This document shows positions 28,338 through 38,427 of a stretch of 64,000 nt of DNA, piece after piece. The number at the start of each line of letters is the position of its first letter. The stretch's first letter is position 1. Below the pieces are notes generated by a model, which was given only the letters and a program-made list of their open reading frames with translations, made no database searches and was not told the origin of the DNA. The stretch spans positions 595,143-659,142 of the forward strand of contig CAWBCT010000005.1 of NCBI GenBank assembly GCA_963787445.1, read 5' to 3'. The stretch is from an uncultured archaeon (GTDB lineage: Archaea; Micrarchaeota; Micrarchaeia; Micrarchaeales; CABMGC01). Both the position numbers and the translations under genes were made by a program.

Positions 28338-28961
28338 ATGCCGTATGCACTAATTGGTAATAAAATGTCGGCAACTCGCGTGTCATTCAGATACTCATGG
28401 GTTTATGACCAGGTGTGGAAAAGGTTCTTACCCAAGAACTCGAAGGAAATGAATCAGTACCCCACTCCGAATCAAGTGAAGAGTCAAATGCTGGTGAAAG
28501 AGAAAGCTTGGCGAATACATGAGAAGGTAATAGTCAATGCCATACCTTCAATAACTGCTCTTAAATGGCAAGAAAAAGAAATCCGTTGCTACGTTGTGGG
28601 ATTTTGCAGGCCTTTCTCAGATCCCTTGACCATGATGCCGTACAAGTCTGATAAGATGTTCGTTGATGTGCTCACCCACGAGCTAATTCATCAGATACAA
28701 GTACAGAATTTAGACATGTCAAGAAACTTCAGAAAATGGTTAATTAAAAGATATCCAAACGAGTCAACAATAACTATTAATCATGTAGCATTATACGCAA
28801 TTTACGAAACGCTTTACCTAAAACTCTTCGGTAAGACGAGGTTGAAAGAGAGTTTGTCGAAGGTAAAGCTGCAAGAGTACTTAAGGGCGCTCGAGATAGT
28901 AAATCAAGAAGGATGTAGCGAGATTCTCTCCCGATTCATTAATTATGGGGCAAGTGAGTAA
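28338..28961 (+). CDS. HExxH metalloprotein/peptidase-like
   Basis: SDPLT...VLTHELIH...NH. Confidence 0.55.
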   Translation: MPYALIGNKMSATRVSFRYSWVYDQVWKRFLPKNSKEMNQYPTPNQVKSQMLVKEKAWRIHEKVIVNAIPSITALKWQEKEIRCYVVGFCRPFSDPLTMMPYKSDKMFVDVLTHELIHQIQVQNLDMSRNFRKWLIKRYPNESTITINHVALYAIYETLYLKLFGKTRLKESLSKVKLQEYLRALEIVNQEGCSEILSRFINYGASE

Positions 28962-29540
28962 ATGGTTAAGGAGATCTACTACGTAACCTCAAATCCTGGG
29001 AAAGCAAGGTCTCTCCAGAATACGCTTTCAGGTTTCGGGATAGCCGTCAAGCAGCTCAACCTGGGCCTAGTCGAGCCTCAGAGCCACGATGTTCGTGAGA
29101 TAGCCATAGAGAAGGCCAAGAACGCGTTCAAAAAGATTGGCAAGCCGTGTGTGGTGAATGACGCGGGCTTCTACATGGATGCGCTCAACGGCTTCCCGGG
29201 CCCGCTGATAAGGCCCATATTAGATACCATAGGCATAGAGGGCATACTTAAACTTGTTGAAGGAAAAGGGAGGGCATGCGAGTTCAGGCACTGTTTTGCC
29301 TACATGGGAGAGGGGATGCAGGAGCCCGTCTGCTTTGAAGATGATGTGAAGGGCAGTCTTACAGAGTCGCCGCTCGGGGAGCTGAAGGAGAATGCCTGGT
29401 CTAGGCTATTCCTCTTCTTCGTGCCCGAGAAGCTGAACAGGACCCTGGCGCAGATGTCGATAGAGGAATATCTCAGATGGCACAAGGGCAATGCGGACAG
29501 GGCAGAGCTCGAGCTAGCGGCGTACCTTAAGGAGAAATAA
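28962..29540 (+). CDS. Ham1/ITPase-family non-canonical NTP pyrophosphatase
   Basis: VTSNPGK, EPQ, EKA and DAGFYMDALNGFPGP. Confidence 0.85.
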   Translation: MVKEIYYVTSNPGKARSLQNTLSGFGIAVKQLNLGLVEPQSHDVREIAIEKAKNAFKKIGKPCVVNDAGFYMDALNGFPGPLIRPILDTIGIEGILKLVEGKGRACEFRHCFAYMGEGMQEPVCFEDDVKGSLTESPLGELKENAWSRLFLFFVPEKLNRTLAQMSIEEYLRWHKGNADRAELELAAYLKEK

Positions 29541-29564
29541 GCAGTTCATACTAGGTGGGGAATA

Positions 29565-29840
29565 ATGGACAAAAGCAACACGAATAGCGTAAGGACCAGG
29601 ATGCGCAGCGAGCCGTGCTCGCTGTTCTTCATAAGGCCGGACGGGCGCTCCGATGCGCACGCGTCCGCGGAGCGGCTGATGCGACTCAAAGGGGTGGCGG
29701 AGGTGGTGGTCACCAGCGGACCCTACGCCTTCATGGTAAAGAGCATGCCCGGCAGGCATCCGGACGGGCTCAAGCAACGCCTGGCAAGGCGCCACGGGAG
29801 GCCCACGGTGCTTGAGTGCCACTATAGGTATAAGCGATAA
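29565..29840 (+). CDS. Stand-alone Lrp/AsnC ligand-binding (RAM)-like domain
   Basis: LMRLKGVAEVVVTSGPYAFMVK. Confidence 0.55.
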   Translation: MDKSNTNSVRTRMRSEPCSLFFIRPDGRSDAHASAERLMRLKGVAEVVVTSGPYAFMVKSMPGRHPDGLKQRLARRHGRPTVLECHYRYKR

Positions 29841-29940
29841 ATAGTAGTACCATAGTCTCTAGCGTGAGCCAGTCAAACCAGCACCTCTTCCATAAGACCT
29901 GCAATATCTATGGTAAGCCATATATATCTATAGCTCTATA

Positions 29941-30177
29941 TTGTCATCCATGGAAACTACGATACAAGTGCACAGAGGATTGAAGGACAAACTGGAAAAA
30001 CTGAAGATTCACCCCAGGGAATCCTACGAAAAGGTAATCGAAAGGCTAATTTCAAGCAAGATTGACCAGGAGCCCCTGTCCGCAGAGGAGATAAAAGATA
30101 TCGAAAAGTCATTGAAGGACATAAAAAATGGCAAGCTATACACTACCAAAGAAATGAGTGAAAAACTTGGGATATGA
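29941..30177 (+). CDS. Antitoxin (RelB-like)
   Basis: TTIQV...LEKLK..PRESYEKVIERL; overlaps the RelE gene. Confidence 0.75.
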   Translation: MSSMETTIQVHRGLKDKLEKLKIHPRESYEKVIERLISSKIDQEPLSAEEIKDIEKSLKDIKNGKLYTTKEMSEKLGI

Positions 30178-30431
30178 TGTATGAAGTCATATGGTCTGAA
30201 ACCTCCATTACCAACCTTCAAAGGTTAGATAAGTCTACGGAAAGGCGAATCAGAGACAAAGTCGAGTCTATAAAAGAGACACCCTTTAGCTTTGTGAAAG
30301 GACTGGAGGGAGTGCACCTTTACAGTCTTAGGGTTGGTGGATACAGGGTTATACTGGATATCGAACGCAAGAAGATGATAATTCTGGTCATGAGAATCGG
30401 GAACCGGAAAAGAATTTATGATAGTCTATAA
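30174..30431 (+). CDS. RelE/ParE-family toxin
   Basis: YEVIWS...YSLRVGGYRVI...IGNRKRIY. Confidence 0.88.
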   Translation: MMYEVIWSETSITNLQRLDKSTERRIRDKVESIKETPFSFVKGLEGVHLYSLRVGGYRVILDIERKKMIILVMRIGNRKRIYDSL

Positions 30432-30457
30432 TCTAAAGTCATTATGATGTTGCTTCT

Positions 30458-31903
30458 TCAGTAAGACTTGGCGAAGTAGGCTACGGTGTCCGTCGCAGTC
30501 CCGCAGTATATGCACTTGCCCTTCTTCTTCTCGTCGAACGGGATGACGCGGTTCGTTGCGGTGGTGTCCGCCTTTATCTTGGCCTCGCACTCGGCGCTTC
30601 CGCACCAGTTCACCTTCACGAAGCCCTTCCCGACGTGCTCCTTGAACTGCTCGTAGCTCTTCGCGGTGAAGATGCGCTCCTTCATGATCGCCTTGTTGCG
30701 CTTGAACAGGTCCTTCTGGATGGTCTTCATGAGCTTAGAAACGGTCTTTACGGCATCCTCGCTCTTTACTTTTAGTTTCTCGCCCGTATCTCTCCTGACA
30801 ACGACCACGCAGCCTTCCTTGAGGTCCCGGGGCCCTATCTCTATCCTTATCGGAACCCCCCTGAGCTCCCAGTGGTTGAACTTGTATCCTGGGGACCTTC
30901 CTTCACGGTCGTCATACTTGACCGTTATGCTTTTCTTCTTCAGTTTCGCTGTGAGCTCTCCGACCACCTTCCCTATGTTTGTCTTGTCCTCATCTGAGAA
31001 GAGTATCGGAACTATGACAACCTGAATAGGTGCGACCATTGGGGGAAGCATCAATCCCTTATCATCGCTGTTCAGCATCGCAAGAGCGCCCATGATGCGC
31101 GTGGAGATGCCCCAGGAGGTGGTGTGCACGTTCTGCTGCTTGCCCTCCTTGTTCAGGACGCTCACGCCGAAGTGCTTGGAGAAGTTCTCTCCTAGGTAGT
31201 GGGAGGTTGCAGACTGCAGCGCCTTCCCGTCGGGCATTATCGCTTCTATTGCAAGAGTGTAAACCGCTCCAGGGAACTTCTCAGACTCTGACTTCGTCCC
31301 GAGTATAACCGGTATTGCAAGGTACTTCTCCGAAAGTTCCTTGTAGAAGTTGAGCGCGAGCATCACCTCCTTCTCCGCCTCCTCTTTGGTCAGGTGCGCG
31401 GTGTGCCCCTCCTGCCAGAGGAACTCAGAGGTCCTTACGAACGGTTTGGTCGCCTTTATCTCGGCCCTTGCGACATTGCACCACTGGTTGAGGAGCATCG
31501 GCAGGTCCCTCCAGCTGCGTATCCACTTCGCCATAAAGTGGTAGATTATCGTCTCGGAAGTGGGTCTTATCGCCAGCCTCTCCTCAAGCTCTCTGTCGCC
31601 GCTCTTTGTAACCCAGAACAGCTCCGGAGCAAAGCCTTTGACGTGTTCGGACTCCCTCATAAAGAAGCTTTCGGGTATGAAAAGAGGGAAGTAGGCGTTG
31701 GTGTGGCCCGTCTCTTTTATCATCTTGTCGAATATGGCCTGTATTCTCTCCCAGATGGCGTAGCCGTAGGGCATTATCGCCATGGTTCCCTTCACCGGGC
31801 CGTAATCAGCGAGCTCTGACTTGGATACGAGTTGCGTGTACCACTCGGAGAAGTCCTCGTTCTTCTTTACGGTTATGCCCTTTTGATCCTCTTCATTTGC
31901 CAC
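30458..31903 (-). CDS. proS: Prolyl-tRNA synthetase (archaeal/eukaryotic type)
   Basis: FSEWY, RPTSET, EFLWQEGHT, TSWGISTR and FAKSY C-terminus; likely GTG start at 31903. Confidence 0.95.
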   Translation of the reverse strand: MANEEDQKGITVKKNEDFSEWYTQLVSKSELADYGPVKGTMAIMPYGYAIWERIQAIFDKMIKETGHTNAYFPLFIPESFFMRESEHVKGFAPELFWVTKSGDRELEERLAIRPTSETIIYHFMAKWIRSWRDLPMLLNQWCNVARAEIKATKPFVRTSEFLWQEGHTAHLTKEEAEKEVMLALNFYKELSEKYLAIPVILGTKSESEKFPGAVYTLAIEAIMPDGKALQSATSHYLGENFSKHFGVSVLNKEGKQQNVHTTSWGISTRIMGALAMLNSDDKGLMLPPMVAPIQVVIVPILFSDEDKTNIGKVVGELTAKLKKKSITVKYDDREGRSPGYKFNHWELRGVPIRIEIGPRDLKEGCVVVVRRDTGEKLKVKSEDAVKTVSKLMKTIQKDLFKRNKAIMKERIFTAKSYEQFKEHVGKGFVKVNWCGSAECEAKIKADTTATNRVIPFDEKKKGKCIYCGTATDTVAYFAKSY

Positions 31904-31985
31904 AATCACACCGGTCAAATCCTTAAGACTCTTATCTATGATAAGAACCATTCGGACTTTATCTTTTAATATGCTTCTGTATGGG

Positions 31986-32576
31986 CTATAGCCCGAACTC
32001 TGCCAGCTCCTTGTCGAGACGTCGCCTGCCTACGAAATGGATGGCGTTCATCCCTACCTTCCTTGCACCTTCAACATTTTCAATCATGTTGTCTATGAAT
32101 ACGGTCTCTTCAGGTTTTAGGCCCATCTTCTTGAGTGCATACCTGTATATCTTTGGATCGGGTTTCCTCGCTTTTATGTAGCAGGATTGGAACCTGTAGT
32201 CAAAAAGGTCCATGTTGAGGATCTTGGTAGTGTATCTATACCTCGCGATATCGGCGTTCGTGAGAAGCGCTGTCTTGTACTCCTTTTGCAGTTGCTCAAC
32301 AAGCTCCAGGACATCATAATTCATCTTTACTGTTTTCTTGTAGAATTCAATCCACTGCACCTGGCTCTTTTTGATTCCCAGCGTCTTTGCAATACCTGCA
32401 GAGAATCGGTCGATGCCCATCTTACCGCTTTCAAACGGGGCAAGCAAGCCCTTCTCTATGGTCCTCTCTATAAACCGATACGGTTTGCCGCTTATCCTGG
32501 AAAGATGATGGTAATAGTCGGTATTCGTGAAGCGCACAACCACGCCTCCGATATCAAATATGACGGCACGTATCAT
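31986..32576 (-). CDS. HAD-family phosphatase
   Basis: FDIGGV, KPDPKIY and FIDN. Confidence 0.88.
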   Translation of the reverse strand: MIRAVIFDIGGVVVRFTNTDYYHHLSRISGKPYRFIERTIEKGLLAPFESGKMGIDRFSAGIAKTLGIKKSQVQWIEFYKKTVKMNYDVLELVEQLQKEYKTALLTNADIARYRYTTKILNMDLFDYRFQSCYIKARKPDPKIYRYALKKMGLKPEETVFIDNMIENVEGARKVGMNAIHFVGRRRLDKELAEFGL

Positions 32577-32642
32577 CTAATCAGCAGATAGGAGTCCACA
32601 TAAGGATATTAATATCTTCATGTCGATAAAGAATACAACGCC

Positions 32643-32775
32643 GGGGTTGTGGCGTAACTTGGTAGCGCGGCAGCCTCCAGATGTTTATTGATTTGAGCCT
32701 CGGGCTGTGATGATGATCTGGAAAGACTAAATATGAAGTAAGCTGCATGTTCGGGTTCAAATCCCGGCAACCCCA
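32643..32775 (+). tRNA. tRNA-Trp(CCA) with 60-nt intron at 37/38 (32681-32740)
   Basis: Acceptor GGGGTTG/CAACCCC, anticodon stem GCAGC/GCTGC with CT-CCA-G, T arm GGTTCAAATCC. Confidence 0.9.
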
Positions 32776-33757
32776 AACCTTTCTTTTATTGACCCCGTTC
32801 TAATAATCTCAAGATAGGTCTCCCGGGCCTTTTCCAAGTCCCTCTTCCTCACCTTCTCGCCTTTTGTGTGGGCAAACCTATACTCTCCCGGCCCGAAGAT
32901 GGCGCAGGGGGCCTTCCTCGCCCAGAAGAACAGCTCTGCGAAGTAAGGCGCCACTTCTACCCCGGCCACTGCCGATGCGGGTGCCGTAGGCTCGAAAGAG
33001 TACTCGATGGTTAGTTTGCAACCCCGAATCGCATCTCTTACCCTGCTAATCACCTTTTTGTTCTCCTGGGCCGTCCTCAGTTCAACCAACGCCTCCGCAT
33101 AGTCCGGAACGACGTTGGGTGCAACGCCTCCGGAGATCCTGCCAACGTTGAGCGTTGTCCTGCCCAAAACCGGGCTTCGCGGGAACGTCATGGCGTTTAA
33201 CCTAGCAATGTCCTCCACAAGGGAGTTTATGGCCGAAACCCCCGCCTCAGGCGTGGCGCCCGGCGCTGCCCTGCCCCGGGCCCGGAGATGCATCCCCACC
33301 AAACCCCTCTGGGCGGTGAAGAACTGCAGCCCCGTCGGTTCGCCGACTATCACCAGCCTGGGAGTTGCCAGTCGTAGGGCTTTGCGGACGCCGCTGAATC
33401 TGCCCTCCTCATCAACATCCAGCAGTATGCCGAAGTTGTCGAGCCCTTCCCTGGCCGCATCCTCGCAGGCGCAGACCATCGAGGCAATACTCCCCTTTGC
33501 GTCGCACGCGCCCCTTCCAAACAGGTATTTGCTGTTCTCCTTCACTGTAAGAGCTCCGGGAACCGTATCCATGTGCGTAGTAAGAAGCACATCGGGTCTG
33601 CCTTCGAAGCCAACAGGTTGAACGAGTTGCCAATCTTTTGCTTCCGGACAACAAAGTTCTTGCTCAGACGTTTGAACAAGAACTGGCCCACATCCTGCTC
33701 GTCTCCGGAATAGGAAGGGATGTTCAGCAACCTGCGCGCCAATCGTACTGTTTCCAT
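32757..33757 (-). pseudogene. M20-family peptidase/deacetylase (ArgE/LysK-like), frameshifted near 33600
   Basis: N-terminus (LLNIPSYSGDE) is in one frame; THMDTV, GRGACDAKG, DEE, GEPT and GPG..AH are in another. Confidence 0.8.
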
Positions 33758-33766
33758 GCTCTAGCC

Positions 33767-34313
33767 TCACCGCAGGCAGATCCCCAGGTAGATCCTTTCT
33801 GGATATTCAGGATCCTGAACAGGTTTGCCCTTTGCTGTCCCGATGCCCATGGAAGTCTTCTGATCTGTGGCTTCAAGAATCCTGAATCCAAAGCCGGTGA
33901 ACAGGCCCATCGAGGCCCCGTTCCTCCGGTCGGTCCTCAAGACAACCAGCTCATTCCCCTGTGCGCCGGCCCTTTCCACATAGCCTTCGCACAGCGCCCT
34001 GCCGATGCCCCCCATTCTCATCCGCGCCTCCACGGCTATCTCGTCCATGTAGCTGGCCTTCTTTGTGCCCAGGTAGGGCACGAGGAATGCGAACTTGTCC
34101 GTTGGAAGTGTGTACCCCCAGGTGAACCCGGCAACGCCCGACGAACCTGCTGATACCAGTGCTATTGGATTCGGCTGGGAGACGGCGTAGCCTAGGTCCT
34201 TTAGTATGTCGGACTCGCTCCAGAAATCACCTTCAAGCTTGTGTGATTGACTTTGCAGTTTCCGGCAGAGCGCGCTTAATTTGGGGTATCGTCAGGACAG
34301 AACTCTTGGCCAT
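33767..34313 (-). pseudogene. GNAT acetyltransferase, 5' part disrupted
   Basis: Frame open from about 34245 (FWSESDIL...VAGFTWGY...YMDEIAV...GGIGRAL) but ATG 34313 is out of frame and stops after 26 codons. Confidence 0.6.
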
Positions 34314-34512
34314 TTTATACCATTCACGACCATAAGCACAGTATTAGCGTAGGTGAATATCCTTGTCTCTCAATCATTATCATTCTGGACATTTAAATCA
34401 TCTTTAGTTATTACTTGATAATAATTATGTATTAATTGATATATAAAGCATTATGTGCAGATTGTATAACCTTATAAGCTGCATATTTATTGTCTGATTC
34501 AAGCGCAATTAT

Positions 34513-34526
34513 CGGCAACCCAAACC
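34513..34526 (+). repeat. att-like copy of the tRNA-Trp 3' end
   Basis: CGGCAACCCAAACC vs CGGCAACCCCAAACC at 32765-32779 (1-nt indel). Confidence 0.55.
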
Positions 34527-34532
34527 CACAAT

Positions 34533-35069
34533 TTATTTAAATTCCTTTAGAATAGCCCCAAGCTCCTTGACCGAGATTGTGAAGTAGTCGCCCGACATGT
34601 AGTTGCGCGATATCCTATAGTTTCTGCTGCGTGCGGCGTTGTCCAGCTCTTTCCACGATATCTTCTTTGCCCGTATCAGGGACTCAAACTGTATTATCAA
34701 CTTCACCTTCCGGACCAATTCATCCCTTCCCGGAGCATTCTTGTCGACCACCCTGAGGAACTTTATTGCCTCCTCGTACTCCCCGCCGCGTATGAGACCC
34801 CTGAAGTACTTGAGCTGCTCAAGGCTCATGCCGCGCTCCCTGCTGATCACGCTGTACTTGATATTGAGGTAATCCATGACTATTATCACAAAGAAGACGC
34901 CGCTTACCAGCAGGAACAGGAAGAAAAATACGTAGTTCTGCGCGCCGAGGAAAAATACGGAAACTGAGATGAACAGGGTTATGAGGATCTGCCAGGCTAT
35001 CCCTCGCACCTGGAAGTTGTAGAACTCGATCTGCCTGCTTATCTCCTTCGTGGCCTTTGTATCGTCCAT
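34533..35069 (-). CDS. Hypothetical membrane protein
   Basis: Two hydrophobic helices near the N-terminus. Confidence 0.6.
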   Translation of the reverse strand: MDDTKATKEISRQIEFYNFQVRGIAWQILITLFISVSVFFLGAQNYVFFFLFLLVSGVFFVIIVMDYLNIKYSVISRERGMSLEQLKYFRGLIRGGEYEEAIKFLRVVDKNAPGRDELVRKVKLIIQFESLIRAKKISWKELDNAARSRNYRISRNYMSGDYFTISVKELGAILKEFK

Positions 35070-35087
35070 TTTTTCACAGTTCTTTGG

Positions 35088-35693
35088 TCATTCCTTCGGC
35101 CTAACATAGCACGCCCTGCATCGCGGCTCGTAGGACTCCTTTCCACCCACCTGCACCTGCGGCCCGAAAACCTCCTTTCCGTCGATAACCCTCTGCGAGA
35201 ACGAGGCGCCGTCCTCCCCGCACTTCAGGCAGATGGCATTAAGCGAGATGATATCATCAGCCAGGGCCAGCAGCTCTCCCGTGTTCGGGAAGGGCTTGCC
35301 CATGTGGTCCTTCTCAAGCAGCGAGACGTATACGCTCTTGCCATCGTAGGCCAGCCTGTTCAGCAGTTTTGGAAGATCGGCATCGCTGTTCCAGAACTGG
35401 GCCTCATCAACACCAAGCACCTTGTAATTCTTGGTTATGTCAATTATTGCCTGTTTACCCGCGCTCCCTATGTCTATGGAGTAGGCCTTCATCTTCAGCC
35501 CCTTGTGGGACACCACATCAGCATCGCTGTACCTGGTGTCTATCTTGGGCTTGAAAAGAACGGGCTCCCTGCCAGCTATCTCCTCCCTCTCCAGCAGCTC
35601 CATCAGCCTTGAGGTCTTGCCCGAGAACATAGAGCCTCGTATAACTATCAGCTTCCCTCCTCTGTTGCCGTTTCTCACCATGTCACCGTTCAA
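35088..35693 (-). CDS. tdk: Thymidine kinase
   Basis: GSMFSGKT, DEAQF, CxxC, GGKESYEPRCRAC. Confidence 0.93.
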   Translation of the reverse strand: MNGDMVRNGNRGGKLIVIRGSMFSGKTSRLMELLEREEIAGREPVLFKPKIDTRYSDADVVSHKGLKMKAYSIDIGSAGKQAIIDITKNYKVLGVDEAQFWNSDADLPKLLNRLAYDGKSVYVSLLEKDHMGKPFPNTGELLALADDIISLNAICLKCGEDGASFSQRVIDGKEVFGPQVQVGGKESYEPRCRACYVRPKE

Positions 35694-35753
35694 TACTTCA
35701 GTCAGGAAGAGATTAATAGGTTGCTGTGTTTTGCTTGATTCCTGTTACAAATA

Positions 35754-35839
35754 TGCAGGGGATGAGATTTGAACTCATGCACCCACAAAGGGAACGGGTC
35801 CTAAGCCCGTCGCATTTGGCCAAGCTCTGCCACCCCTGC
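35754..35839 (-). tRNA. tRNA-Leu(TAG)
   Basis: GCAGGGG/CCCCTGC acceptor, ACGGG-CTTAGGA-CCCGT anticodon arm, long variable arm. Confidence 0.92.
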
Positions 35840-35909
35840 ATGTCGATACTATTGACTGAAGGTATTATAATAATTTATCCTCTATAATGATTGCTATAAT
35901 GGCTGTTTC

Positions 35910-37214
35910 ATGATAACGACAAAGTACGTCCGTGACAATCTTGCAGAGATACGCGCTACTCTCAAGAGCAGGAACAGCAAGTTCCCCCTAGACGAGCTTC
36001 TGGCCATTGACGAGAAGTGGAGGAAGACGAAGACCGAGCTCCAGGAGCTCCAGGCGAAGCGAAACAAGGCCAGCCTTGAGATCTCCGAGACAAAGAAGAA
36101 GGGAGGCGACGTAAAGGAGAAGATTGCCGCGCTTGGGGCCCTAAAGACAAAGATAGAGGCGGATGAGGCGAACCTCTCTGCCTACGAGTCGAAGATAGAC
36201 GCGCTGGTCTGGAGCGTGCCCAACGTGCTGGACAAGTCCGTACCGATCGGCAACCCTCCCGAAGCGAGCAAGACGCTTAAGACCTGGGGCACTGTCAAGC
36301 AGAAGAAGGGCCCGAATCATGAAGAGATACTTACAAAGCTCGGTTTCCTTGATGTGGAACGCGCCGCGAAGACCGCGGGCTCCAGGTTCTACTTCCTCCG
36401 TGGCGATTTGGTGCTACTTGAGAGCGCACTCACGCGCTACGCGCTTGACAAGATGGCGAAGAAAGGCTATGTGCCGATCCTTCCGCCCTTCATGCTTCGC
36501 AAGAAGTACTACAAGGGCGTTGCCCCTCTCGGAGTATTCGAGGATGCACTCTATCGAATATCAGAAGCAAACGAGGCCTCAGGGTTAAAGGATGCGGAGC
36601 ACCTGGACGATGAATTATTCCTGATAAGCACCGCGGAGCACAGCCTTGCGGCAATGCACGCGGAGGAGCTCTTCTCCGGCAATGCTCTCCCGCTCAAGTA
36701 TGCTGGCGTTAGCCCCTCATTCAGGCGCGAGGCTGGTTCGCACGGGAAGGACACGAAGGGCATATTCAGAGTCCACCAGTTCAACAAGGTAGAGCAGTTC
36801 GTCTACTGCAGGCAGGAGGATGAGCAGAAGTACTTTGACGAGCTCCTTGCCAACTCCGAGGAGTTCATGCAGGAGCTAAAGCTTCCCTACAGGCTCGTAC
36901 TATTATGCAGCGGGGACACGGGCCACCAGATGACCAAGACGGTTGACTGGGAGGCCTACTTCCCGGGCCAGGGCGACTACCGCGAGCTGGGCTCCTGCTC
37001 GAGCGCCGGAACCTGGCAGAGCCTGCGCCTTGACATAAAGTATGATGAGAAAGGGGAGCGCAAGTACGTTTACACGCTCAACAGCACCGCGATAAGCATC
37101 CAGCGCACCCTGGCCTGCATAGTGGAGAACTATCTCACAGAGAAGGGAACCATAAAGATTCCAGACGTGCTTATACCTTACATGAACGGGAAGAAGGAGA
37201 TAGGCGGCGCATAG
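35910..37214 (+). CDS. serS: Seryl-tRNA synthetase
   Basis: N-terminal coiled coil, TAEH, FRREAG, GIFRVHQF and ELGSCS. Confidence 0.95.
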   Translation: MITTKYVRDNLAEIRATLKSRNSKFPLDELLAIDEKWRKTKTELQELQAKRNKASLEISETKKKGGDVKEKIAALGALKTKIEADEANLSAYESKIDALVWSVPNVLDKSVPIGNPPEASKTLKTWGTVKQKKGPNHEEILTKLGFLDVERAAKTAGSRFYFLRGDLVLLESALTRYALDKMAKKGYVPILPPFMLRKKYYKGVAPLGVFEDALYRISEANEASGLKDAEHLDDELFLISTAEHSLAAMHAEELFSGNALPLKYAGVSPSFRREAGSHGKDTKGIFRVHQFNKVEQFVYCRQEDEQKYFDELLANSEEFMQELKLPYRLVLLCSGDTGHQMTKTVDWEAYFPGQGDYRELGSCSSAGTWQSLRLDIKYDEKGERKYVYTLNSTAISIQRTLACIVENYLTEKGTIKIPDVLIPYMNGKKEIGGA

Positions 37215-37225
37215 CGGGTCTGGGC

Positions 37226-38422
37226 ATGAAGAACGAATACAACATCCTAAGGGAGGTAAAGCGCCTAAAGAGCATACGCGGCTACGGCACCGAGCTCATC
37301 AGCGTCTACGTTCCTGCAGGAAACTCACTCGATGCGACCGTCGCCAAGCTGAAGGACGAGCACAGTCAGTCGGGCAACATAAAGTCGAAGAGCACTAGGC
37401 AGAACGTCCAGGCTGCCATAGACAAGATGATCCAGTACCTAAGGCTTTACCGCGGCACGCCCAAGAACGGGCTTGCGGTCTTCTGCGGCAACCTTTCGGA
37501 CAACCAGAGCAAGACCGACATCGAGCTCTTCTCTATAGAGCCTCCGTCACCACTTGGAATCAACCTCTACCGCTGCGACTCCATGTTCTTCCTTGAGCCA
37601 CTGGAGGCGATGCTGGACAACAAGGAGACCTACTGCCTGGTGGTGATGGACGGGCGTGAGGCCACAATCGCTACGCTTAAGGGCGCGCACATTCAGGTGG
37701 TGCGCCGTCTCCACTCTAATGCCCACGCAAAGGTTCGCAAGGGTGGCCAGTCCGCCCAGAGGTTTGAGCGTGCAAGGGAGGAGAGCATAGGCGACTACGC
37801 AAACCGCATCAGCGAGAGTGTGAACGATCTTTTCATGAAGAACGAGTTCAAGATAAAGGGCGTCCTGGTCGGAGGCCCCGGGCCGGCAAAGGAGGGATTC
37901 ATCAAGGGGCACTCGCTTAACTATCAGATCAAGATTCTTGGGACTTTCGACACTGGCTACACCGACGAGTTCGGCCTGCACGAGATCGTTGAGAAGGCAG
38001 CCGACCTGCTCAAAGAGGAGGTTGCAGCCAAGGAGCGCAAGGTTGTGGAGCGCTTCATGCAGGAGCGCGTCCGCAACGGGCTTGCCGTATTCGGCTACGA
38101 GCCCACAAGGAGGGCTCTGGAGGCGAAGAAGGTAGGCACCCTCATGCTGAGCAGCGAGCTTGACCTGCACCTGGTAACCTACAAATGCCGCGCCTGCAAC
38201 AAGGTCTTTGACGTGATCGAAACCGGCACAACGAGGCAGCAGAAGCACCCGGAAGACAACGGGACTCTCGAAGTGACCGGGGAGAAGGATCTGATTGAGG
38301 AGATGGTCGAGCTCGCAGAGGCAATCGGGGCAGAGATAGTCTTCATCTCAAGCGAGAGCTCCTATGGAAGGGAGTTCACCATGGGATACCAGGGCGTGGG
38401 TGCCCTGCTTAGATACAAGTAG
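37226..38422 (+). CDS. prf1: Peptide chain release factor aRF1
   Basis: NIKS, YRCD and GGQS motifs. Confidence 0.95.
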   Translation: MKNEYNILREVKRLKSIRGYGTELISVYVPAGNSLDATVAKLKDEHSQSGNIKSKSTRQNVQAAIDKMIQYLRLYRGTPKNGLAVFCGNLSDNQSKTDIELFSIEPPSPLGINLYRCDSMFFLEPLEAMLDNKETYCLVVMDGREATIATLKGAHIQVVRRLHSNAHAKVRKGGQSAQRFERAREESIGDYANRISESVNDLFMKNEFKIKGVLVGGPGPAKEGFIKGHSLNYQIKILGTFDTGYTDEFGLHEIVEKAADLLKEEVAAKERKVVERFMQERVRNGLAVFGYEPTRRALEAKKVGTLMLSSELDLHLVTYKCRACNKVFDVIETGTTRQQKHPEDNGTLEVTGEKDLIEEMVELAEAIGAEIVFISSESSYGREFTMGYQGVGALLRYK

Positions 38423-38427
38423 AGAAA

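Noticed and set aside
29941-30431. RelBE pair (and the VapBC-like pair at 42232-42863)
   Set aside because: Ordinary type II TA modules; listed as features only
33590-33615. Programmed frameshift in the M20 gene
   Set aside because: No slippery heptamer at the junction, and the neighbouring gene is also broken, so decay or a sequencing error is more likely
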